Shown: positions 1-12,566 of the stretch, one piece after another
How the letters are laid out: every line of letters begins with the position of its first letter
Position numbering within the stretch: the first letter of the stretch is position 1
Assembly (NCBI RefSeq): GCF_040938485.1
Contig: NW_027271016.1
Location: 1,674,001 to 1,738,000 of the forward strand
Direction: 5' to 3'
Origin: Diadema antillarum
Lineage: Eukaryota
DNA length: 64,000 nucleotides
Position numbers and translations under genes: made by a program
The notes under the pieces: model-generated
What the model saw: the letters and a program-made list of their open reading frames with translations, nothing else
Told to the model about the DNA's origin: nothing
The model's database searches: none

Positions 1-3000
1 CAAGAACTAATGATGTGTATGTGAGTATGTACTTACAATGACCCTGAACGATGGACATGGATACCACCTGCTCAGAGCTCTGTTCCAAGGCACATGAATG
101 CTTTATTAATTATTCATGATGGATTGCCCTGTTGATGGGCACTGCTAGTCTGAATTCATGGCAAAGGGTGAAATGCATGCACATGAAAAAAGTAAGCACA
201 TGTTTCCATGTGCTTCCATACACATTTCAGAATGAATAAAGACTAGCTGTGAAAGTGGAGTTCCTCATGAATGAATATTGAGCATTCCAATCCTGGTCAT
301 TGTCCAGGATCATTGTCTGGGTGTCAACTAACACACTCTCATACACACCACTTGACTTCTGAGCAAAGCTAAAGTTTTGTACAGAGGGTTGAAAATAGAG
401 CAAAATCTGAAACCTAATTGAAAAATCTATGAATCTACTGAATCATGCTTTCATTCTAAAATTGCCTTCAACAAAACTGTACACTATTCAGCTATTGCTC
501 ACATCAATGGCAGTGTTATCTGATGTAAAGCGTTTGAACTATTAAGGATCAAAAGTGGGAAATGTCTTTTGTAACACCTAGTACATCCGTGTGTAAATAC
601 CAATTGGATTTAAGAGCGACTAAAAGACTTCATCATGCAAGAGTGAAATCTGATAGAGAGGAGTGCGTGTGCATGTCATTTTATGTATGCATGTTCCAGG
701 AGGGCTTTTAGATTTGATTTCCTCTTTATTCCTCATAGTCCGATCAACCACAACACAGTGGATCTTTATTCAATTCCAGAACCTATTTGTGCCCTCTAGA
801 GTTCCTGCGCGAGCGGTGTTCCCGACGGCAGAGCATCCAAGTTATACGGAACAGTGTCATTCAATTCGCTGTAGACTCTTTGGCCCACTTAATGTTGCAG
901 TCACAGGGATAAAATGACACACACCAACTCCCGGAGGGCCCTTTTATGACCTATATATCAAGATAAGATATAAAAGTGAATCACATGGCCACCAAAAAGA
1001 GCTTCTGCTACATAGATGTTTGACTATTTGTTAATTTACACACACTATGCCGCTACTCCTCTCCCCCGAAATGTGTCGATAAGATGTTCTATACTGGATC
1101 AAACAACTCCGATCGCACAAGATTTGATTACGAGAAATCGAAAGTTCGTTGTAACCTGCTAATGTCCCGCGGAAGTTTAACGTGAGTGGGCTTTTCTGCT
1201 TGATGTGTTCTGTCAATCAAACTTGGAGAAGCACTAAAGAGTCACAGGGTAACACTTGCATCACGGGGGGAAAAGAGAGTGCTGTCCTTTCATCTGCGTC
1301 ATGCAATGACGTCTTAACAAAATAAAGAAACCTATCTTACCATGGAAACTGGACTGACATAGTGGTACTTTTCTGTATATTTGCGAATATCATTACATCA
1401 TCCTGTTCCTTCATGGTTTCATTAAGTAAATGCAGCATTCTATGACCTGATACTAGACACCCAATAGAGATGGAGGTAGCTAGGCCCTACTGACACTGTT
1501 GTAGCTTTCTTGGTTTCCCGGCCACCGCTCAACTTTAATCTATATTCCGTGAAATTATTTGTATTTCGCTAAATCACCATCAAGTGTTCGTTTTTAGGGT
1601 TCGTTTACTGCTAATTTTCGCGACTTATTTCCTGACCAACTTCGTAACCAAACTGATTCATTTCTTCCTATATTGTATTCATATTCGTTACCGAGCAGTT
1701 GTAGTATACAATCAGAGCAAGCATGATCACCCACACTACTCGACACCCTGTAGGTTGCAACGCGGAAACACACGAGCTTATAAATACGCTTGCTGATATA
1801 TGCGAATCTCCTGTTCTAGGGAGTTCAAGGAGTTCAGATCGGGAACGTGGACAACTGATTGGAAACACGTTCTCCTCTGTCGGGAATGAGAAAGTTCTTG
1901 CGGTCTCCTCGAGATCCGATACTGCTGCATCAGGCCAGGCTTGTCACGGTCCATCCAGTTCAGACCCCACTAGATCCACACGCCATTATCGCAACACTCC
2001 TATATAATTATGCGTGACAGGACAACCAAGTTCTTGCTGCCTTCGAGGAGCTCCAACACCAGTGCCAGGCGTGTAATGTTCCCGATGACTACCCGGATCC
2101 CAGCACGGACCTTCCACCCGTCCTGCAAACAAAAAGAAGTGCCCTATCGAAAACTGCGTAGAGGGGCTTCGAAAAATGATGAATCTATTAACAAAAATAT
2201 CCGTCGTCAGAGCCCAAGTGCTTTTTCAGTGGGGAGAGAGAGAGGAGCAGCTACTTGGTATATTGCCTCCGGATAAGAGCATAATAAGGTAGTTTTTTTC
2301 TGGCCTTCTTCCAGTAAGAGTTGTTTAACATAGTTTGATATGTATATATGCTTAGTGTTGCTGTTGTATCAGACGATTGATTGCCCTTTTTTGTCCCCCA
2401 AAAAAGGGAAATCAAAATAATTGAGTTAACCGGCATGTAAAATCGCTAGACTTCACCACAACTTATACACCTTGTTCAGAAGCTGTTTGTACATTCTCAT
2501 CACGTGAGGCCATCATGGCTATTCAGAGTCCAAAGTCCTGGTCGTCCATTACTCATTCCTTTTACAAGTTGCTTTCGCGGCTCCTTTATTCAGTGTACAC
2601 GAACCAACCTTGACGTTTATGGAACTTGCCCGAATCTCGATGTCACGTTTTTCAATATCCAGTGGTAGCGGAACATTTCTAAGTGTGGGAGGGAGGGGGG
2701 GGGGGGGGGGTTAGCTGGATCAAGGGTCAGTCCTCCCTTCGCACTCCTCCACCCTCCCACCGCACGCCCCTTCCCCCCCCCCCCCCCCCGCCCGCCTCGC
2801 TGGGAAGAATATACCATTACGTGGTATATTTTACTTTAAAGTTAAGTCAAAGAATTCCTCGATGGCCCTAGAATGGTTAAGAGATCACCTAACAAACAGA
2901 AAATAATTCGTAAGTACGCCCACCACTCCTATTCTAAACTGATTTCTTGGCGTACGTGACCTATAAGGTCACCTGTTGGTTTCACGTTTGTTTATATATT

Positions 3001-4009
3001 GTACACTGATAAACTTTAAAACTCATCTAACATTACACTAGTTAAAATAGTCTTCTTAATTGTGGTGTTGTTGTTATAATTGTATGATAAGAGTCAACCT
3101 TACCTTGCTCTACTCTCTTTCCCAGATAATCAACGTTGTTGTGTGTGCACCTATAGACATAGTACAAGTATGTCAATCAAGTTATTATTGTCGTGTAAGA
3201 GAAGAAGAAAAATAAAACCAGGACGGAATAAAGATCCACACCTGGCACCTTCTCAGTTCCCAGAAACAGAGCGTGGTTAACAAAAAAGGAGCAAGGCAGG
3301 ATGAAGGCTAGCGTTAGAACTGCACTAATTTTGTTAGTTTTGTTTTGTAGTTTTTTTCAGCCTTAATGCTCTAGAAATGCTAGCCTCCCGCCCCACCCCC
3401 ATCTAATTAACACTAACCCTTTCTGAGCCAGGAACTTTGGATAGTGTGTACAACGCTATGGGGGTTTTCTGTGCAACTTGGCACTCAAAGCATACAAAAG
3501 GTTCAATGAAAGGATTAGTTCATCAACCTACTCAAACTCAAAAAGAAGTCTATTACTTAATATTCTATTAGGGCAATGTCCATTATTGTAGTTAATGATG
3601 ATCAATGAATGGAAAGGACAGTAATTATACAATGACATTAATTATGATGATGTAACAACAACGATCATTGTTATCATTATAATTGTAATAATAGTTGATA
3701 TATTTTTCCACTGGATACAAAAACGCTATAGAGATGTCCTTCCTGGTCGCCATAGGAGATAAAAATGAATATAAATACACATTAACAGGCAGTGACAGTA
3801 GAAGTACAAAGCATATATTATATACGGATAACAAAATAAGTAGGTCTTCAAATTTCGTTTACAGTGATCCAGTGTCGGTGATGGTTTCAGAATAGGAGGG
3901 GGCTTATTTCACAGCTTGGGAGCAGTACAGGAGAAAGCTGCATCGCCAGCTAGTTTGTGGGTGTGTCGTTGAGTGAAAGTAACTGACAATGAGAGACACG
4001 TGCGCCTAG

Positions 4010-4275
4010 AGTGGGAGTGTTGTACCAGACACTCTCTAACGTACTCTGGAGCTCTATTGTTTATTATTTTGTCGACCAGAAGGAGAAGCTTGAAGGATAT
4101 TCTTGCCTTGACTGGCAGCCAATCGAGTTGACGTGAGAGGAGTGGCATGAGAACGTGAACAAATATGGTACACAAGTCTAAAGGCAGTATTTTGTACTCT
4201 CTGCAAGCAATCCACATCATCTTGACTGATTCCGCCAAGAAGAGCATTACAGCAGTCGAGCGGCAATAAGACAAA
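4010..4275 (-). mobile_element. L2/CR1-clade LINE remnant (C-terminal end of ORF2, frameshifted)
   Basis: Two overlapping minus frames give LDCCNALLGGISQDDVDCLQRVQNTAFRLV and then LDWLPVKARISFKLLLLVDKIINNRAPEYVRE. This matches the remembered L2/CR1 ORF2 tail pattern (LDYCNxLL...LQRVQNxAARLV...LHWLPV..RI.FK.LL). Confidence 0.85.
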
Positions 4276-4363
4276 TGCACGGACTGCAGCGTGGTAAGTA
4301 GAAGCATCAATGAATTTTTCTGATCCTCCACAGATTTCTGATATATTAGTTAGCTAACTTGCA

Positions 4364-4720
4364 GGGGTGGTATTCTGAACACCGTTTTATCTCTGTTGTA
4401 ACTTGTGTTGTAACTTGTGTTGTAAGTCTGTGAGTTACAACACCGCTAAAACAGTTGTAAATCGGTATTCTGAAAACTATTTTAACGGTGTTGTAAGTCA
4501 TGATAACCACGCCCATCGCAATAATCATATCCAATAGGAAATATCGTTAGAAGTAGCATCTAAGACATTTCAACCAATAAGATTGCTCCCTTGGGCAAAT
4601 GCGCCTTGCTTAACTCTGCGCGTTTTAACAAGCGCTCATTCTCTGGCGTGCGCACAAATAGGACAATGGCATGCGCAGGTAAAGAGAGCCAGAGATGAAA
4701 TAAAGTTACAACATTATACC
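4364..4720 (+). mobile_element. Truncated, older relative of the foldback element at 4993-5777
   Basis: Starts CAGGGGTGGTATTCTGAACACCGTTTTATCTCTGTTGTAAC, the same terminus and GTTGTAAC repeats as the 4993 element. It also contains GACAATGGCATGCGCAGGTAAAGAG, similar to GACAATGGTATGCGCGGGCAAAGAG in the right arm. No matching second terminus seen. Confidence 0.7.
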
Positions 4721-4992
4721 TTCTTACCGGTTTTGACGGATAGTTGGTGCGGTAGGGGATTCGCAAAACTATCTGAAATTGAGTCTTTTTATTTGAAATT
4801 TTGTTGAAAAAATAAGATATCTGGCGTTCATATATTGAGGAACGCAAATGTCATGGTTTATGGGAGCTAGACGCTTCTAAATTAAGTTGAGCCATTGCAA
4901 TGCCATGTCATTATCATTGTTATTTTATTATTATCATTGTTATTATTATTGTTGTTGTTGTTGTTGTCACTATCTTCAGAAGATATCTCATG

Positions 4993-5777
4993 CGGGGGTG
5001 GTATTCTGAGACCGTTTTATCTCTGTTGTAAGTCTGTTGTAACAAATCGGTATTCTGAACACCGTTTTATCTCTGTTGTAACTTCTGTTGTAACTTCTGT
5101 TTAACTTGTGTTTTATCTTGCGCACTCTTTGCCTGCGCATACCATTGTCTTAGGGTATGCGCACGCGCGTAACAGTGGGCGCAAACCTGAACACCCATTA
5201 GATTACACGGTATTCTGAAAACTGTTTTATCTTCTGTTGTAAGTCACGCCCCGTGCAAATTCATGCTTCTGAGATAAAACAGGGTGGAAGGTGTTTTAAC
5301 TCCGTTGTAACTATCGTTTTAACTTATGTTAGATAGTGAGATAATTCATCAAGTCAATATTGTGGTATGCGAGTTCAAAATAAAAAGATATACAAAAAAT
5401 AAAAGCAATGTATGTACAGAAAGGCAAAAGATATATATACCATAAGTTAAAACGAAAGTTACAACGGAGTTAAAACACCTTCCACCCTGTTTTATCTCAG
5501 AAGCATAAATTTACACGGGGCATGACTTACAACAGAAGATAAAACAGTTTTCAGAATACCGTGTAATCTAATGGGTGTTCAGGTTTGCGCCCACTGTTAC
5601 GCGCGTGCGCATGCTTTAAGACAATGGTATGCGCGGGCAAAGAGTGCGCAAGATAAAACACAAGTTACAACAGAAGTTACAACAGAAGTTACAACAGAGA
5701 TAAAACGGTGTTCAGAATACCGATTTGTTACAACAGACTTACAACAGAGATAAAACGGTCTCAGAATACCACCCCAG
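4993..5777. mobile_element. Foldback / long-TIR non-autonomous DNA transposon
   Basis: Arms 4995-5328 and 5441-5775 (~335 bp each) are near-perfect inverted repeats around a 112-bp AT-rich spacer. They carry internal GGTATTCTGA and GTTGTAAC repeats. No clean TSD, so no superfamily is assigned. Confidence 0.9.
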
Positions 5778-6924
5778 ATCTGTGAAACACGAGTGCTTAT
5801 CTGTTGCATCAGAGGAAAAGATAACTCCAAGATTGCGCACATGATCAGAGGGAGAGATGAGAGTTGTACCAAGAGCAAGTTTGATGTCAATTCAATTCAA
5901 TTCAGTTCAAAGTTTATTTCATTTTTCGACAAAACATATGTTTCACTTCATTTGATAACAGAGAATAAGGTGAGTAGAACATAGTGAAATGAAAAGACTA
6001 CAACAATTGAGGACCTATAGTAATCATACATTGTATAGTAAGAAAGAAACAGAAGTGATGTCCTGTATAAGCTGAAGGTGGCGTTGTGAGGCAAGTACAA
6101 GAACGTCTGGGTCTTTGAAAAATAATATATATCGATGATAATAACGACATGAATAACGACAATTTCGAAAAGAACCCCTTGTTTCAACATTGCCATGACC
6201 ATGGCCATTACAGCGATAATGGAAGGTGTTGCTAACTGTGACACACCAAAGGCGAGTGGAATCAAATCTTACGTGACCTTTTTTCCCCATAATGCAAACA
6301 AGATTATACAATCTGTACCATAACTAACGGAGAAATGAAAACGCTATATTCTTGAAATCGCCAGTGAAAGAAAGAAACGAGAATCTCTGAAGAAAGAAAA
6401 AACAAAGAGGACACTCCAAACACGTCGTAGGCAGATGGCTTACTGCTCCATCGACTGCAGACGGCTCGTTAGCTACTGTCGTTACTCTAGCAACGCCCCG
6501 CTCCGAACGAGGATAAAGTGTTGGTATTCATCAAAATCATGGCCATTGCTTTGTCCTTTCTTGACCTTCGTGTATAACGGCATGAAAACATCTATAACGA
6601 AGCTGGCGAGTCTCCTGCGAGATCACCGCGCCAAGCATTCTCGCCAATTATGATTTGCTGGAAAACCTAACAGCAACACTTTCTTTGCATTTAATGAATT
6701 TACACCCACGAAATTGATTTTTCCAGCATTTCATATTACCCATATTTTTCTGTTTTTCCCTGTAGACGCTAGTTGATTTCTATAGAATATTCTACCTCTG
6801 AAAAATTAAATTACTTCAGCAACTGCAACATGATATGTACATTTTTCACGTGACATGCTTTCATTAATAGGAGCCGTGTAAGCCATCAAAAAAAAAAATA
6901 AAAAATAAAAAAACTTGTGAAATG

Positions 6925-7319
6925 GATACAGTTCCTTATTCCGAAGGTTCGCTATTTCAGATTCGAAAATCAGAAAAACGAAATAAGGTTCGTTATTTCG
7001 AAGGTTCGCTAATCCGAAAATAAAAAAGGTCATTATTGTGAAGATTTCGTTAATCTGAAAACGAATTAAAGTTCGCAATTCCGAATGTTCATTAGCATGC
7101 ACCTTTCTTTCATTTTCGAATTGACGAACCTTCGGAATAATGAAGCTTCGGAGTAACGCCACAGATGTTCAAATTAATGAACAACCCCAATTTCATTTTC
7201 GGATTAATGAACATCTAGGTATATGGAATTTGTGTGTTTCGGAATAAGAACCAGCTCCTGATTAACGAACCATATTCCATTTTCGGATTAATGAAGTTTT
7301 GGAATAATGAACATCACCC
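6925..7319. mobile_element. MITE-like repeat built from TTCGGAATAA / AACGAACC motifs
   Basis: Many copies of TTCG(G/C)-AATAA-like motifs in both orientations. The ends are imperfectly inverted (GTTCCTTATTCCGAA versus TTGGAATAATGAAC). Confidence 0.55.
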
Positions 7320-8206
7320 GTTGAAATTGACTTCCACAAATTTGTAGGGATGATGTACCACTTTTCTGGAAAACGTTCAACACAATTACCTCGAACTGTT
7401 ATATTCTGTTTGCTTCTTAAAAGAGTATTTCACCTCAGTTAAATGTTACCCAATACCCGTTGAAGAATTAAAACCTTACATATGGAATAGAAAATTCATT
7501 TCTCAAATGCTTTATGATTGCCTTCAAGGATGTATAGGCTGAGATTAAAGAAGTGCAGTCACGAAAACTTTGCGGATGGGTGTTTAATGGTGTATATTTC
7601 GACAGTGAGCAAGGACTGCTTGATACACTGAGTATAGTTCTGATGAGGCCGCACTGAATATATTCACATGCATCTTCCATTGCGATCAATGTACACATGT
7701 AATCAAGCACATTGTGACTCAAGGCTTGAGATTGATTAGTCAGGATTCTCCTTTCAAGTATTCCTTTGTATTTCCTATAAAACGTTATTTCAAGCGCGCC
7801 AATAATGCAAAATACCTCTATTTCACGAAGATATTCGATTCTCTATTTTTTCATTACCACGAGACTTTCTTAAAGACGTAAACTTACAACAGACATGACT
7901 GGGTGACAATTTACGAGAAAACTTAAAATCACTATTTTTTTTTTACTGGTCCAAGCATGTGATAACTTCGCTAGTGATTAAATGAAATTGAGCGCACAGT
8001 GTAACGCATGCTTTAATGTGAAGTCAGCGGGGCATCATGGTAAAAAATGCGAAGACCTAACCATAATTGCCTTTTTAGGATATTCCCTTACCAAATTTTT
8101 CCCGAGGGAATAACCAATAGTTCCGTTTGACTTCAGCTAAATAGGACGTTCGGAATAATGAGTTTCTTTATTACTGGCCATGACCCGCAAATCACCTTAG
8201 TAAAGA

Positions 8207-8352
8207 NNNNNNNNNNNNNNNNNNNNNNNNNNNNNNNNNNNNNNNNNNNNNNNNNNNNNNNNNNNNNNNNNNNNNNNNNNNNNNNNNNNNNNNNNNNNNN
8301 NNNNNNNNNNNNNNNNNNNNNNNNNNNNNNNNNNNNNNNNNNNNNNNNNNNN
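8207..8352. other. Assembly gap (146 N)
   Basis: Run of N. Confidence 1.
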
Positions 8353-9164
8353 ACTTTTTGATGATATCCTTTATTTCAATTTCATTCAATATCAGCATCT
8401 TACATTATTCACCATGAAACGAACACAAACAAAACTTAGCAGCTATATTTTTCTAACTTGTGCTGCTAAATCACACTTTTTTGACATGCAGTCACAAATG
8501 TAAATATTTTAGACAAATTCATGCCATGTGCATTAAAGTGACAAAAAAAATTCTACATAAATCTCATGATACATAATCCACTTTCATCAACTTTAACGGA
8601 CTCATCAAAATCTGCTTATCAGACAAAATGGACACTTAAAAATACAGCATTTCACAAAAGCCTATACAGTAAACTAGTATCTCATAAGCCATAATTCAAT
8701 TACGTGAACAAAATTCATATTTTTCTAACCTACCACCGTACCGCCAATATCTGATTTTGTTATACAAAACAAACAAAAAACAAAAAACAAAACAAAACAA
8801 TAATCCCACTATGCTTGCTACATTTACCAAAAGAAAACAAACTATAATCCTACTTAACCACACTTATACTTTACCGCTCTAACAACAGCTATCCAACCCT
8901 AGCCCCGAGCACACACACACGCTTCACTGTAAAAACATCGGTGTTAGATTTAACACCACGGGTGTTAAATCTAACACCGATCAAACTTCAATAAAGGACC
9001 ACACCCACAGATGTTAAAAATGCACTGTGATGGTGTTGAAAAGTGTTCACCTGACACTTCGTGGTGTTAATTTGACACTGAACAGGCCCGTAGCCAGGAT
9101 TTTTCAAGGGGGGGGGGGGGTGCGGTCACTAAAAAAACGGACCTTCGGTACCAAGACCAATGAT

Positions 9165-9165
<1 letters not shown>

Positions 9166-9242
<77 letters not shown>
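9166..9242. repeat. Compound (CA)n(TA)n microsatellite
   Basis: Read directly from the sequence. Confidence 0.98.
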
Positions 9243-9244
<2 letters not shown>

Positions 9245-9613
9245 TTTGGACGACCGAACTACAAAAGTTGTATAAGAATTTGCGCGCGAAGCGCGCAGCA
9301 AATTGTGAATTTTGACTGTTTTAATGACGTTTTAAAGTCTCGAGGAAATTTGTATTTTTGTCTGTTGCATGCAATCGCGTTACGGTATTTCATCTAGGAA
9401 ATAGTAAAAACTCATTTTGCCAGGAAGTTGCAAAGTTTAATTGTGCTCGAGACTCTGCGCGCGTAGCGCGCCGCAAAACTGAGAATAGTGATTTTCCTGG
9501 TGTTGTTTTAACTTTTATTTTTTCTATTGTATACCCGCGTTAGCAGGCCTGAAGCCAGGATTTTTAAAGGAAGGGGGGATTGCGTTAATTAACAAAACGG
9601 TCCTTTGATACTG

Positions 9614-9935
9614 TCCCGGGAGGGGTAGCGACAATTAAAAGGTGGACACCATGCTCATACATGGACTTTCAAAATGGCCCCTAAACGAGTAATGATCATA
9701 TGATTTTTCGGGCCTTAAAAACAAGTATTCCTTAAATGTTTCCTGCACCATAAAGAAGTACTTCATCATGATTGAACAATATACCATTTTCCCAAATTTC
9801 GGCCTTTTTGATACCCTTTGATTATATACGCTCGTACATCACACTTTCCATCTAATCCGTGAGAAAAAACGACCCCTATTACGCGTTTTCTTTAGCGAGT
9901 ATGGTCACGGTGTCCACCTTTCAGTTGGAGTTTTC
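9614..9935. mobile_element. Small inverted-repeat element nested in 9083-11613
   Basis: 13-bp inverted repeat AAAGGTGGACACC (9638-9650) / GGTGTCCACCTTT (9909-9921), preceded by CCCGGGAGGGGT. Outer boundaries are approximate. Confidence 0.5.
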
Positions 9936-10152
9936 CATCCCATTGGATGCTGGTTGGAAGATGAAACATTCACTTTACTATACAGTATATCAGCCGTTGG
10001 TATGCGAGTTTGTCAAAAACGAAAATTAATAAGAAAATTTTTACAACAAAATGAATTGTAAATGTGAACCATTTATATTTTGCCTCCTTGTGGTAGGATA
10101 TTTCCAGCATTTCCGAACTTTCAAATAATCATTTTAGATTTAATAATATTAA

Positions 10153-10479
10153 AGGTAGTAGATCCGATTCGCAAACATCTCCAATATCAGTCAAATGTCA
10201 TATTAACCATCATGCTAAGAAGGTTTTCTTTGTGAAATTTGGAGGTCAGTGAAATTCAAAAATTAAACATCCGTTAGCCATTGGAAGAAGTTGAGTGGAA
10301 ATTCAGACCTCAGGCTTAGTGCTCAGATGTTTTCCTATTTGATTTTGATCTGTCTTACTGTGCACACTAAGATACATACTGGAATGGTTATTTCTTATTT
10401 ATTAAATTATAGTAGCATATTTGGTTACTAGCTGTCTCTAGGCATTTTCGAATTTGGGCTGCAAAGAGATCCACTACCT
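10153..10479. mobile_element. TTAA-flanked MITE (Kolobok-like)
   Basis: TTAA-AGGTAGTAGATC ... GATCCACTACCT-TTAA: 11/12 TIR match and TTAA on both sides. The AG start fits Kolobok better than piggyBac (CCC start). Confidence 0.8.
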
Positions 10480-12566
10480 TTAAGTTAGAAGAGAGATAAG
10501 TAAATAATGATAAGATAAAGAAACAAAAAAGAATGAGTTTCTTTTGTAATACTATCTGACAAACTTTTTACTTTACCATTTTACTTCATAGCTCAGCACT
10601 TTCCATTCTCTCTTATACCCTCTTACCCATTACATTTAAATGAAATACAACTAAAATGAGTTTGCGCGCCTGCATAATACTCTTTGGAAGTTATAAGTGA
10701 GAATGTTCTTAGGTTTTGGCTCACTTTAAAATGAGAACCAATAGAACTGTCACACTGCTGACAACGGCAGACAGTGAAGGTCAACGGCTCAAATTTTCGT
10801 TGGTAGTCTCGTCACGTGATAGTTCTGTATGGATTGTACACGTTCCCTATGACAGCAATTGTGAATGGGTAGTCTAGCTTTACTGCAAATTTGCGTCAGG
10901 ACTGCTCAACCAATGGACAAGATTTTTATGTCACAAAAATGGGCAGAACCTCTACTTTCTGAAACCGTGCGCCCCAAGTTTGTGCGATCTTCCGTTCTCG
11001 AGATATCCCGTCTGGAAGAATTGCAAGACGGCAAAATATGCTCAAATTCGTCAAATTTGGACTGTTCGCCATAGACAATTTTACTCATAAGGTACTTTTC
11101 TGATCTAATTTGCGTCACTGCAACAAATGTTACAATAAAGATATATACACATAAATAATCCCTAAAGTGTCCACTTTCAGAATCCGGGCGCCCCAAGTTT
11201 GCTTCTTAAACAGTTTAAAAGTTATGGCAGATTTTGTGGAAAAACGCGTCGATTTTTGACCCGTTTTACGTGTTGTAGCGTTCGCGCGGAAGCGCGGCTT
11301 CGCAGATGACCGAAAGTTTTCAATATGTAATAGCTTGCACAAATTGATACATAACATTTGTGTTTGTGTGCATGGGGACGATCCGATGGTTCATACAACA
11401 AAAGGGTTTGGTACAATTATTTTTAACATTGTTAAACGTACTCTTCCACATTTACGTAGCATAAAATGTGTCTTTATATTTATTTGGATTGTTATCTTGA
11501 GAATTGCTAAAAACCGTTATTATGAAAAAGTGGACCTTTCAGAATTTGGGGGGGGGGGGGGGGGTGCGTACGCACCCGACGCACCCCCCCCCCCCCCCCT
11601 GGCTACGGGCCTGCTGTACCTGGTGTTATTTTGACACTGTACTGGTGTTAATTCAAAAATGACACCACATGGTGTTGATTTGATATTTGCTGGTGTTAAT
11701 ATCAATGGTTTAACACCCGTCCAGCTTCAATAAGGGACCACACCAGCTGGTGTTACTTTGGTGTAAATTTATTTTCACATTTTTGCAGAAATCTAGTATT
11801 TTAATGTAAAATTCTTGATCGTCTTGTTTAAATTAAAAATGAACAAGAAGTGCAGTTACTAAGAAACTCTTCAAAAAACAGTTTAAAATTTGGAAATGAC
11901 ACCCGTAGGTGTTAATTTAACACCATAAATGAGCACCGAAAATTTAACACCAGCTCGGTGTTCACTATCTAACACCGGACTTTTTGCAGTGTTGCACACG
12001 CACGCACACGCACGCACACACATCACAGTTAAGTCTTCCGTACCATGGCACAGAAAAGAGATAGAAGATGACCGCTTGACCTTCGGGTGCGGTGGTGTGC
12101 TATAACTGAATCTCGCATGGAAATGACTAGTATAGCAGCTCGTTCGTCATACTGTCAAAATGATTTATACGGTTCCATATTCAGTTCATTTTCTTCGGAT
12201 TTGCACAAGTAAATACCCGTGTATAGGTAATCCGCTGCCCTATTTTCCCGTTGAACTTGGACAGGTCATTCGTAAAAAAAAAGAAAAGAAAACGAAAACG
12301 AACTCGGTACCAGGTGACGTGCCGGGGTTGCAAGATACCGACCAACAAAATCAAACATCTCCATTCTTACTGTCATGTTGACGTTAAAGACAGGAAAATA
12401 TATACAGCTGAATGTCTGTTTTTTTTTTTCTTTCTGTTGAGAATAACTGTTGCTCCGTCTGGCTAGCATTGTTGCATGTTGCTTAAGAATGTCCTAGTAT
12501 TCATTTTGTGCATGAACATCATTTCTGGAATCTGGAAAGGAAGAGTCCTGTGGTGGATTAGTTTCA

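Larger units (their letters stand above)
9083..11613. mobile_element. Poly-G/poly-C MITE-like element (hAT-like CAG...CTG ends) nested in the EnSpm element
   Basis: Perfect 16-bp TIR CAGGCCCGTAGCCAGG / CCTGGCTACGGGCCTG, next to G and C homopolymers. Internal GCGCGCGAAGCGCGC motifs. A second degenerate left end lies near 9544. No clean 8-bp TSD. Confidence 0.8.
8925..11991. mobile_element. CMC-EnSpm (CACTA-like) non-autonomous element, ~0.54 kb once the nested insert is removed
   Basis: Termini CACTGTAAAAA ... TTTTTGCAGTG with TT on both sides (2-bp TSD). Many subterminal GGTGTTAA/TTAACACC motifs. Perfect 21-bp hairpin at 8937-8981. Sits inside a CA/GCAC microsatellite. Confidence 0.85.
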
